From Felis catus (Eukaryota), in NCBI RefSeq assembly GCF_018350175.1, contig NC_058373.1, positions 99,636,001-99,700,000 on the forward strand: DNA of 64,000 nt, read 5' to 3'. Position numbers and translations under genes: made by a program. Of this stretch, positions 1-10,533 are shown in pieces (the stretch's first letter is position 1; each line of letters starts with the position of its first letter). The notes below the pieces were generated by a model, which saw nothing but the letters and a program-made list of their open reading frames with translations, made no database searches and was not told the DNA's origin.

Positions 1-719
1 ACACCTACCAGAAAGATATTTTCACCAAATTATCCTTTCCTATTTCTGGTCCTGTGAGTTAATATAAATCAGAGTCTTATTATGATATAAAAGGTATTGC
101 TCTTTATTTAAGACCACTTTGCTAACTGGACGGCCCACTGACTATACTCTCATGCCCATTTATGAATATTCAAATATCACAAAAAGAAACCAACAAAACT
201 TTGCTAATGACAACATATAAACTGATGCTAACATGGAGAAATGGAAATATTTAAATTCATCCCTAAATTATCTTAGGATATACTATACAGATTTATTTAG
301 TTTTTTTTTCAAATATTTTAAAAGATCTTTAAAAAACTCAACACATAAATAGGGGAAAATAAATAAACAGGAGACTGATGGCAGAGAAAGCATCGGTAAA
401 GGAAGTAAAGATAAGATTTAATTCTAAGACCTGGTAATAATGGATCAAGGTCACTTGTAGATTTGCTCAGGATTGACAATGGTAATGATATTAAAATATT
501 TTGCTCTGTACAGGATGAGATTTTGGAGCAAAGGTCAGTGGCCAGATCTCCCATGCCCTGAAAGTACCCTTATTTTTAATTAAAGCTTGTAGGCATATTC
601 CGGACATAACATTATTTTCATTACTGAATGTATTTTAAGACATTCATGTAGCTCAGGAAACAGATGTTATTAAAATTTTTACAGCTATCTATGTTAAAAA
701 TATCCATGCACTATTGGAG

Positions 720-860
720 CTTATTTTTAAGCCAACATTCGCTTCATAACAAAATATTTCCACCATTTTATGATTATCTTTTTAATAAAGTATTTGCTAT
801 AAAAGCCTTTTGAAAATCTAAATAAATTACATTGACTAGTTCCTCCTTGTCCACATTTCT
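720..860 (-). mobile_element. Ancient CR1/L3-type LINE reverse-transcriptase fragment
   Basis: The minus-strand translation RNVDKEELVNVIYLDFQKAF matches the CR1 RT motif (VDVVYLDFQKAFD). It is followed by GNILL*SECWLKNK, resembling the CR1 GNVLxWIENWLKDR segment. Confidence 0.7.
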
Positions 861-1134
861 AATTAACCCATGCCCTCCCAGAAGGCTAATAAAATTTTAC
901 TAAAGTTTCAGGACTGTAAAAATGGAGTCTAAAGTAGTGGCAAAATAACCAAACAAAATTCTAGTTAAGAGTTTAGAAGCCCCACTCAAAGCCATTATCT
1001 TCAATTTACAACCACTACATTTTTCCCCCTGGCAGCTGACCATAAATTCCTAAGACAAGAATTATGTTATGACTTTTCGTAGGAAAATGCAATGGGTAGG
1101 GGAGAATTGTGCAAATAATTATACCACAGGTTAA

Positions 1135-1262
1135 TAATGTGTATGTTTTATATATGTATGCCTGTAAAAAGATATATAACATATATACCTTGTATGCATG
1201 GTGAAATATATATGTATTTTCCATGTGTATACATAATGTGTGTGTACATATATGATGATTAT
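1135..1262. repeat. TA/TG low-complexity tract
   Basis: Degenerate TA/TG dinucleotide-rich sequence. Confidence 0.6.
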
Positions 1263-1521
1263 GATGAGTTCACCATATGGCGAAGAGCTGGAGGCAGAGA
1301 AGGAGGTCAGGAAAGTGGTGTGGGAGTATTTAGAGGCAGGGGGAAGGGATATGTGTGATAGCATGGAGGTAAGAAATGAAGCTTGTTTCCTGTGATCGCA
1401 ATTCAAAATGCCCCAAAACTTGACTCATCATCTGCTGGTATTCCAGTGGGAGGATGGAAAGAATAGGAAATTTTGGAAAGATATGTAGAAGACAAAATCA
1501 CCAGGACTTGGAAGAGAGCAT

Positions 1522-1675
1522 GACACAGTGGAGAGAGCACAGCCTGTGGGATCACATCTGACCTTGAAGCTCAGCTCCAACATTAACCAGCTGTGTGACC
1601 CTGGGCAACTTACTCAACCTCTTGGAGCCTCTATTTTCTCATCTGCAAAATTTGTGCAACAGTAATACTTATCTC
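1522..1675 (+). mobile_element. MIR SINE
   Basis: MIR core: agctgtgtgaccctgggcaacttactcaacctc...ttttctcatctgcaaaat. Confidence 0.8.
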
Positions 1676-1824
1676 GTTTGGCTGCTGGGAATATTAGAGT
1701 CCTTACTAGACTCTGTGGATTATCCCTTTCCTGTGACTTCCACCTCATCATCTCTTTAGGCTCCTTTTCCCAGACTATATTGCCTTTTGCTTCATCTTGG
1801 ATAACTTCATGCCAAATACTGATC

Positions 1825-2100
1825 AGTACTTTCTCAAATGATTTTTATGGAGCACAAATTCTATAAAATGTTAATGGAATAGGATTATTTGAGAAAAAGT
1901 GCCCCCTATAGTCAAGTAAATTTAGATTGTGCTGGGTTAGAGAAAATTAAACAAGGTTCTTCTACTTGATGATTTCTCAAACCCTTTACTATGCATTATA
2001 AGTCTCCAAGAGAGGTAGATGGTATGCAGTTTTTCACAAACTTAATTGACCATAAGACTCTTTTATCAGAAAAATCATATGACACTAGTATTCCCCCGAA
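1825..2100. mobile_element. Old hAT-type non-autonomous DNA transposon fossil
   Basis: Starts cagtactttctcaaa and has internal inverted symmetry (gtcaagtaaattt vs aaacttaattgac), like recalled hAT-Charlie MITEs. Family not assigned. Confidence 0.45.
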
Positions 2101-2439
2101 AGCATTTTTTTTTTTTTTGGTAGAGGAGGTAGTGGCTCAAACTCTGCCTTATGGTTACCACATCCTTCTTTTGTCCACTCCCTACCTTTTGGGAAATCCT
2201 AGTCTGGGGTTTCTGACTTTCTCCAACTGCCTCCTTACAAGAGTCAGGTGGGCTATAATAGGCTGAGTTAAAAGATATTCATTCAGTACAAGAAGTCTTC
2301 AATTAATATAGGAAAATAACATAAAGGCTATCAATGAAAGTTGCCATCTAGTTGATGAAGATGTTCCAGCTAGATGGCAAAGTCTTTAAAAGATCAAACC
2401 TTATTGGTTCATAATGTTGAGAAGCAGAAAAACAAAGAC

Positions 2440-2545
2440 AAATTCATCACTCTGGTGGGGGATGTTGACAGTGCGGGAGGCTGTGCGTGTGTAGAGGCGA
2501 GGAAATTCCGCTTGATTTTTCTGTGCCCTAAAATTGCTCTAAAAA
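2440..2545 (+). mobile_element. Old L1M 3'-end fragment
   Basis: actctggtgggggatgttgacagtgcgggaggctgtg...cctaaaattgctctaaaaa, typical of L1MB/MC 3' UTR. Confidence 0.6.
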
Positions 2546-2912
2546 TTAAATCTATTTAAAAAAAACTGCAAAACCCCACAAAACAAACATAAGGAAAATT
2601 CTGACATTCTGAAAAACAAGAACCACGGGTGTTAGTAAACGTTAGATAAACAAAAATTATTCTTTATTATTTTAAAATTATTTTAAGATTATTGTAACAT
2701 CCAAGAATTTATACCACTGCCATTCTAGAGATTGGCAACTTAATTATTCTAGCCACAGGGTTATAAATTACTAACAGGTCATTAGTTATAATTTTGAATC
2801 TCGTGGTCTAAATCCTAGGGGACTTGAAAAACCTAGCTAGTAAGAACAATTCCAAGTCTTGAAAACATGATCCTGGGATGACATGAAGGGGTCATTTTAA
2901 AAAATGTTTTAA

Positions 2913-3132
2913 GGGGCACCTGGGTGGCTCAGTCAGTTAAGCGTCCGACTTCAATTCAGGTCATGATCTCACAGTTCATGGGTTCAAGCCCCACATTGGG
3001 CTCTGTGCAGACAGCTCAGAGCCTGGAGCCTGCTTCAGATTCTGTGTCTCCCTCTTCCTGCCCCTTCCCCAGCTCACACTCTGTCTGTCTGTCTCTCTCT
3101 CTCTCAAAAATAAATAAACATTATTTTTTTTT
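2913..3132 (+). mobile_element. CAN-SINE (SINEC_Fc type)
   Basis: ggggcacctgggtggctcagtcagttaag head, (CT)n tract, aaataaataaaca tail, atgttttaag on both flanks. Confidence 0.92.
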
Positions 3133-3593
3133 ATGTTTTAAGACTGATTTTAACTATCTTAATGTGATTTTATGGTTAGAGATTTATAAATGTAAACATG
3201 TTATATGTAGAAAGGAGAGAGTTGTTCACTGACTTCCCACTCCCTTAAATAAATAGAATTTAACTAAAACACAAACTCCTGATATTCTTTACTTTTTCTC
3301 TTAATGTATTTAAAAGCATATTCTATTTTCTCTGTCCTGAAGATTTCTGGGCTAGTGTGGGTGAGAGATTTAACTCTACCATTACAATAGGTATCCTAAG
3401 TTGAGAAGAAGCTGGGACTCAAACCCAAGCATCTGGGAATTGCTAACACCTCTGTGTGTGTCTGGCCTGGGCAGAAGAAGTTCACAAAGCTCCTCTTCTC
3501 CTAGCTCCTCTCCCTTTTTTCTAGCACCCTGGGGAGAATGAATATTGATCTGGTTTGGTCAACTGTCAGCTCACTGTTTTGACCTGGTTTTCT

Positions 3594-3723
3594 TCTTTCT
3601 TTTTTTTTTCTATAAAGTTTATTTATTTATTTAAAGTATTCTCTACTCCCAACATGGGGCTCAAACTCATGACCCTGAGATCAAGAGTCACATTCTCTTC
3701 TGATTGAACCAGCCAGGAGCCCC
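3594..3723 (-). mobile_element. Short CAN-SINE
   Basis: tRNA-derived head and A-rich tail on the minus strand. TSD ttgacct(g/a)gttttct at 3579-3593 and 3724-3738. Confidence 0.85.
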
Positions 3724-4321
3724 TTGACCTAGTTTTCTAATGGGTATGGTCACAAGATTTAAACACCCATATAGGGTATGGCTTTCTTTCAACTTCTTTT
3801 TCATCTTGGCTGGAGTCCTAAGTCAGAATCTGTTCCCACATGGAAGGAAATCAACTTATCTCTTTCTGCTCCATTTTTCCACATGGCTGGGCCAGGTCTA
3901 GGCCCCAGTGTGGCCTTGCTCAGCTCCATGCTGTGGGGAAGTATGTGAATGCCATTCTCTCTGTGGTGTCATCTAGTCAGTTGCTGGTAGGTGGGTGTTG
4001 GATCACTCTCCAAGATGCCCAAGGTTGTTATAGGGGATGGTGGAGAAGGAAGTAACGGGTGGAAGAATGGAATAACTCACACCTTTGGTCTGAGGCCATA
4101 TTGCCTAACAGTTTATATAAAAGGAGAGCTCCACAAAGCCTACCTTACCAGAATTCTCTAAAATAGAGACCAGAGTCTAAGACATACAAAAATTAAATTG
4201 TGACTTTCCCTTTGTTGCTATTTTTCCTTGTGTATATACTTCCTTTAGAGACCACAAGGAGGGGAAGCTATGGTCAAAAGAAGACTTGGGTAGTTCCAGA
4301 TTTCATGGTCATGGTGACCTT

Positions 4322-4356
4322 TACACTTGATCTTAGCCAAAAGGCCGAGAAGCGAT
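4322..4356 (-). pseudogene. RNU2: 3'-truncated U2 snRNA retrocopy (U2 nt 1-35)
   Basis: The reverse complement reads ATCGCTTCTCGGCCTTTTGGCTAAGATCAAGTGTA, the U2 5' end. It is flanked by the 15-bp direct repeat tcatggtgaccttta (4309-4323, 4357-4371). Confidence 0.95.
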
Positions 4357-4587
4357 TCATGGTGACCTTTAATGAAAGACTCCTTAATGATCATAAGATA
4401 CTCAAATACGGTTAAACAGGAATCTAACCCCCTCCTCTAATTTCTCTGGAGCCTAGAAGCCCTACTGCAAGAGAATCTAATCTCTCTCTGCAATTAGAGT
4501 ATTGGAATTCAAATAATATATAGATGCACTTGGTGTAGTTGATTGGGATTGGAAAGGGCCACAGAAGCCAAATCACAGAAGAGAAAA

Positions 4588-4590
<3 letters not shown>

Positions 4591-4621
<31 letters not shown>
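4591..4621. repeat. (GT)n microsatellite
   Basis: About 15 perfect GT units. Confidence 0.95.
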
Positions 4622-4622
<1 letters not shown>

Positions 4623-5574
4623 ATGTTTAATAAGAAGGACAATTTAACCTGGTGAACACTGCCAGACATGAATGTTAGACAAACTAGGTATCTAGGGGCC
4701 ACATGAATTTGGACTTATACTCTTCTAGCTTGCCCCTGATACCAATGTATCCTGAGAAAGAAAAGAAAAGTGCCACTGCATCCTTGCATAATAAAATAGG
4801 AAGACCAAAGACAGTCTTCTGTGGAATCTACCTTCTTTTTAGAAAGGAGTCTTAATTTCAAAAATCTGAAAGTAACTCTGATCAGTTTAAATAAAAAAAT
4901 AATTTATTAAAGGATTTTAAGTTTCTTTGATAGCCAGAGAAACAGGGTTTGGAGGCAACCTCACCAGGAACTGTGCCCCAAATCACACTACAGAGCTCAC
5001 CACTGATGCTGCCGTCCTGTGCTAAATGCAGCTCACATCACCAAGACTACTGATGTTAGACAATAGGCCTGGGTACCCCCTCTGAAAACAGGATACAGAC
5101 TCCCCCAACCTTGCCAGAATGAACACCTCCAGATTCAAGCTCTGGTATCTGATCGATGGATCTCAGGTCACATGGCTATGACCCAGCTTCTGTAGGGAGA
5201 AATAGGGACTCACATGGGGGACTTCCCAGCCTAAATATTGGGAAATGTTCAAAGGTACTGATGGTCAACAAAAACCAACCTGAGTCCACTCTTTAGCTGA
5301 CACTAGAAGGGGAAAGAGTTTTCTGACTAACCAATGAGCCTCAGTTAATTGGAAGGTGAGACAAGATTTAAACCTAGGCAGTTTGGATCTCAAGCTTGCA
5401 TTCTTACACACTAGGGAATTCTGCCAAGATAGAGATCTTACTAGGACCAACAAACCAGTAGAACCTGGGCACATCTAACTCATACACAATATAATTTTGG
5501 AGGCATCTTAGTCCTTTACCATAAAATCCACAAAAAGATCAGAATTATAGTTTATTATTTCTTTTGCTCTAGAA

Positions 5575-6080
5575 GCTATTGTATCATTGCTAAAGAATAA
5601 CTGAATATCAAGATGTTCACTGGGGCATTGCTCATGATGGCAAAAGGTTGGAAAACACAACATATATCAAGGAGAGAATGAATAAATAAAATGTGGCATA
5701 CTATATGATGGAATAATACACAGTTAAAAGGGTCAAACTTGATGACAAAAGTGACAAAAGCAAGTTGCCCCACGATTTTCACGGTATGACATATTTACTC
5801 TATTTTTAAAACACACAAAACAATACATTATATTGTTTATGGTCAAATATATGTATAGTAACAAAATTTTTAAAAGTGTGGTTAAAAGAATCTACACCAA
5901 ATTCATGATAGTAGATGTGCTTGGGCAGAGAAGGAGATGAATGGGACTGAGGAGAGGGACAACTTTGTAATTCTTTTTTTTGCATGTGTAATTCTTTTTG
6001 ATTAAAAATATTTGAAGCAAATATGATAAAATATGTCCATTCTGAGTGGCAGAACATATATAAAGTTTTATCCAACTGAA
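5575..6080 (+). mobile_element. Old L1M (L1ME-like) 3' portion
   Basis: aagatgttcactggggcattgctcatgatggcaaaaggttggaaaac...aataaaatgtggcat, the ORF2 end and 3' UTR. Confidence 0.65.
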
Positions 6081-6094
6081 AAAAAAAAAAGACA

Positions 6095-6302
6095 GGGGTG
6101 CCTGGGTGGCTCAGCCATTAAGCATCTAACTTTGGCTCAGATCATGATCTCATGGTTCCTGAGTTGGAGTCCTGCTTCGGATGAACCCCAGTTCAGGTGA
6201 AGACAAGCCCCATTTCTCTCTCTTTCTCTCTCTCTGCCTGTCCTAGGATTCTCTTTCTCTCTTTGCTCATTGCTCACTTGCAACCCCCCCCCCCCAAAAA
6301 AA
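6095..6302 (+). mobile_element. CAN-SINE (variant body)
   Basis: ggggtgcctgggtggctcag head, atypical internal segment, CT tract, C/A tail. Confidence 0.85.
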
Positions 6303-6416
6303 GCCAGAGAAAAGAGAGGAGAAAAAGGAGATGAACAGAAATGGGGAGAAGGGATGGATCTCAATTTCCAGATAGAAAGACAAAGGATTTGGTTCTTTAA
6401 GAAGCAATTCCTTCCA

Positions 6417-6645
6417 GGGGCACCTGGGTGGCTCAGTCCGTTGAGCAGTTGAGCCTACAACTTCAGCTCAGGTCATGATCTCCTTGTTTAGGAGTTTGAG
6501 CCCCCATGGGGCTCTGTGCTGACAGCTCAGCGCCTGCAGCCTGCTTCAGATTCTGTGTCTCCCGTTCCTTCTCTGCCCCTCTCTCACTCACACTCTATAT
6601 CTCCCCAAAATAAATAAACATTAAAAAAATTAAATTAAAAAAAAA
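6417..6645 (+). mobile_element. CAN-SINE
   Basis: Canonical head and tail. aagcaattccttccag is repeated on both sides. Confidence 0.92.
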
Positions 6646-6939
6646 AGCAATTCCTTCCAGATGCCCTGTCTATAAATAAACTTCCCAAAGCCATTCGAAG
6701 GGGAACTCCAGCCCAAACTCATTGTCAACAGCCTTGATTTTAAACTAATTTCTTTCTGCTTTTCAGCCTTCAACCCTGTTTTTCCTTGACATTGGTCAGT
6801 GTTACTTTGCCCTTTAGAGCCTGTCATTTTCCCAGTTTCAGCCTGGATCTTCTTGATGAAATTCTGCTTTCTTCCCTGGGAACTGTGGTCCCTGCCACTT
6901 CCGCTCACTTTTCTGCTGCTATTAATCGATTTTGAGCTT

Positions 6940-7060
6940 GACACTGTTCTAAGTATTTTACAATACACACTCATTTTACACTAAAAAGTCTGTTCTACTC
7001 AGATAGGTACTATTGTGATCCTCATCATTAGGTAAAGAAACAAAGATACAGAGGGTTAAA
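6940..7060 (-). mobile_element. MIR fragment
   Basis: acactgttctaagtatttta...aggtactattgtgatcctcat...aaagaaacaaagatacagagggttaa. Confidence 0.55.
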
Positions 7061-8458
7061 CTCTAGATAACATGGCCAAAGAATGAGTGTGAAGACACAC
7101 AACTTATTTATCTGTTATTCTGTTCACAGACATCAATGAGATTGCCAGTTATTTGCCATTACAAATAATGCAGCCCTGAGTGTTCTGTGCATGCCTTCCT
7201 GTGAACCTGTACAAGCTTCTAGGGTATACACCTTGAGGCAGAACTGTAGCCTTATAGGGAATACACATTCTCAACTTTGCTACATTTTGCCAAATTGCTC
7301 TAAGAGGTGATTCTAATATCTACTCCCCACCCCTGCCCCCCAGCAGTGTTAACCCATATTGTTCCCACCTGCTAGAGAAGTCAAACTTTAAAATTTTTAT
7401 TAATATGCTAGGTGAGAAATGGAACCTCACTGTGGTTTTCATTTGCATTTCCTTCATTGCTCTTAAGGTTAAACCCCTTTTAAAGTTTTCTACGAATTGC
7501 CTATCTATACCCTTCATCATTTCTATATTGTGTTATATGTTACTTTTGTCTTTTCGGGAATCCTTTACTTATTAAATACCAATCCTTTGTCTATCACTTG
7601 CACTGTAAATGCCTTCACCCAGTCTGTGGCTTATTTCCTCCATGTCATCTTTTGTAATACAGATTTTTTTTTTTTAATCTAGTCAAAATTTCCAGTCTTT
7701 TCCTTGTGGTTAAACTTCTTTTGTCTTACCTAAAAAATATTTTTGGGCCCTGATATAAAGAACTTCTCTTAAAGTTTTCCCCAAAAGTGTTAGAATTTTG
7801 CTTTGGACATCCAGGTCGAAATTAGCTTAAGTCATATTTGTGTATGGTGAAATGTGGTGCTCTAGTTGTATTTTTCTTCCATATGGCTCACGATTTCCCC
7901 TAGGGCCGTTTTGCACATAGTCTATCTGCTCATCTGTATTATCATCCCTTTTATTTATTTACAAAGTTTCCTTAGGTCCATAGACCTGTTCGTCAGCTCT
8001 CTAAGCTGCCCCGTTATTCCATGTGTCTATTTCTGCATCTACATCACCTAACTTCATCATAAATATTGATATCTGATAAGGCATGTCTCCCTGCTTATTC
8101 ATCTTTAAAATTTTTTCTTGACTCTCCTAGGCCCTTTGCTCTTTTGTACCAAATCAAAGTCAGCTTATTTGGTTCCACAAAAAAATGGAATTTTTATTGT
8201 ATTAACATTCATAAATCCAAGATTTATATTAACATTATGGATTAATTTGGCAAAAATCAACCCTTTTATATTGAGTCTACCTAGCCACAAAAGGTATAGA
8301 TATTTCCATCTACTTAGGTCTTCTTTAATACCTTTTGATAAAATGTCAAAACACTTCACAGATCTTGGGCATATTCAGTTATATTTGCTCCTTGACATTT
8401 TAGGTTTCTTATTGCCCTTAAAAAAATGAGATTTTTATTTTAAAACTTTACGTCGATT

Positions 8459-8690
8459 GGGGCACCTGTGTGGCTCAGTCGGTTACGCGGCCGACTTCGG
8501 CTCAGGTCATGATCTCACAGCTCGAAGGCTTGTGGGTTCAAGTCCCATGTTGGGCTCTGTGCTGACAACTCAGGGCCTGGAGCCTGCTTCCGATTCTGTG
8601 TCTCCCTCTCTCTCTGCCCCTCCCCTGCTCGTACTCTGTTTCTCTCTCTCTCTCTCAAAAATAAATAAACATTAAAAAAATTTTTAAAGA
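8459..8690 (+). mobile_element. CAN-SINE
   Basis: Canonical head, CT tract, A-rich tail. Confidence 0.92.
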
Positions 8691-8705
8691 ATATTTACAT
8701 TGATA

Positions 8706-8850
8706 GGGGTGCCTGGGTGGCTCAGTCAGTTAAGTGTCCAACTTTAGTTCGGGTCATGATCTCACAGTTTGTTAGTGCAAGCCCCACTTCAGGCTCTGTG
8801 TTGACAGCTCGGAGTCAGCTTCGGATTCTGTGTCTCCCTCTTGAGATCTG

Positions 8851-8889
<39 letters not shown>

Positions 8890-8918
8890 AATAAATAAAC
8901 ATCAAAAAATTTTTGTTT
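8706..8918 (+). mobile_element. CAN-SINE
   Basis: Canonical head, (CT)n, aaataaataaac tail. Confidence 0.9.
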
Positions 8919-9150
8919 AGGGGCACCTGGGTGGCGCAGTCGGTTGAGCGTCCGACTTCAGCCAGGTCACGATCTCACGGTCCGTGAGTTTGAGCCCCGC
9001 ATCGGGCTCTGGGCTGATGGCTCAGAGCCTGGAGCCTGTTTCCGATTCTGTGTCTCCCTCTCTCTCTGCCCCTCCCCTGTTCATGCTCTGTCTCTCTCTG
9101 TCCCAAAAAAAAATAAACGTTGAAAAAAAAAATTAAAAAAAATTTTTTTT
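8919..9150 (+). mobile_element. Young CAN-SINE (SINEC_Fc)
   Basis: CpG-rich head ggcgcagtcggttgagcgtccgacttcagccagg. Sits in the tail of the preceding SINE. Confidence 0.92.
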
Positions 9151-9159
9151 GTTTAAATT

Positions 9160-9372
9160 TAAGTTGATAAAATAAACAAGTCACAGGGATGAAAAGTATA
9201 GTATAGGGAATATAGTCAGTAATATTGTAATAACTTTGTATAGTAACAGAAGATTACTATACTTACTGTGGTGAGCATTTTGTAATGTATATAAGTGTCA
9301 AATCACTGTTGCACACCTGAAACTAATGTCATATTATATGTCAACTATACTTCAATTAAAAATAAAAGGAAA
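9160..9372 (+). mobile_element. Carnivore L1 3'-terminal fragment
   Basis: aataaacaagtcacagggatgaaaagtatagtatagggaatatagtc...cacacctgaaactaat...tatgtcaactatacttcaattaaaaa. Confidence 0.8.
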
Positions 9373-10307
9373 AAATTACATAGACCTAACTTAACGGTAT
9401 AAAGGAATGTAACTGATTTTTACGCAAGAATATTTTATCAAATAACCTTGATGAATTCCACTATTAATTCCAATAACATATCAGTCAATTCTCGTGGATT
9501 CTCTTTGTACAGAATTGTTTAATATACCATTAATGACAGTGTAATTCTTACATATTTCATTTGATCAATTAATGAATTGACTGATTGACTTACTGTAATG
9601 GCCAGAACATCTATTATTATGACAATAAAATAACAGTAATGTGATAATCCTCACACCCCTTTTCGTTTCTTGATCTAAAAAAGGAATGTGTCCAACTTTT
9701 CTCCACTTAGAAAATTGATTACCATTAGTTTTTGGTGTATGGACTTCATGAGATTAGGGTAGCTCTCATCTACTCCTAGTTTCCTTAGAGTTTATTTTTT
9801 AATTATTTTAGGTGTTGAACTTATCAAATCCTCTCTCTACATCTATTGAAACAGTCATGTAATTTTTCTCTTTTATTCCATTGAAGCAATGAGTTACATT
9901 AATAGATTTCTCAGATTTTAGAATGTCCTTACATTCCTGAAACTACTTGATAATAATATATTTTAAAGTACTATTAGATTTGATTAACTAATAGTTTACT
10001 TATGATATTATGTCTTTGTTAATAAAGTGAAAATGGGCTTATAACTTCTTTCCTTTTCCTTTCCTTATTCAATTTTGGAAACAAGGTTAGACTAACCTCA
10101 TGAAAAGAAAAAGAGTTCAGGTATCTTTTTCTCCTATTTTTTTTTGAAACAACTTGCATTATTAAACAAGTATTATCTATTCTCTGAAAGCTTAGTGGAA
10201 TTCATCTATAATTCTCTCTGAACCTACATTTTTTAGGGTGATTGGAAAACATCTCTCATGATTACCATTTTAATTTCTTTAGTGATTATTAGCCTGTTCA
10301 AGCTATC

Positions 10308-10533
10308 TTTTTTTTTTTTTTTTAAGTTCATGTATCTATTTTGAGAGAGAGAAAGAGCGTGAGTGAGCATGAGCAGGGCAGGGGCAGAGAGAGAGGGAGA
10401 AGGAGAATCCTAAGCAGACTCCCCACTGTCAGCACAGAGCCTGACTCAGGGCTCCAACCCATGAACCACAAGGTCATGACCTAAGCCGAAATCAAGAGTC
10501 AATTGTTCAATCAACTGAGCCACCCAGGCAACC
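10308..10533 (-). mobile_element. CAN-SINE
   Basis: Reverse-complement head (ctgagccacccaggca), GA tract, T-tail. Confidence 0.9.

Noticed and set aside
318..554. 78-aa minus-strand ORF with an upstream AG, a possible exon
   Set aside because: No recognisable protein similarity, a weak donor site and no partner exons.
1015..1406. Overlapping Y/I/H/C-rich ORFs
   Set aside because: Artefacts of the TA/TG low-complexity tract.
2913..2990. tRNA genes (A/B-box-like sequences here and in other SINE heads)
   Set aside because: All are tRNA-derived CAN-SINE heads followed by CT tracts and A tails.
2924..3232. Recurrent MAQSVKRPT-type ORFs here and at many other positions
   Set aside because: Translations of CAN-SINE bodies, not genes.
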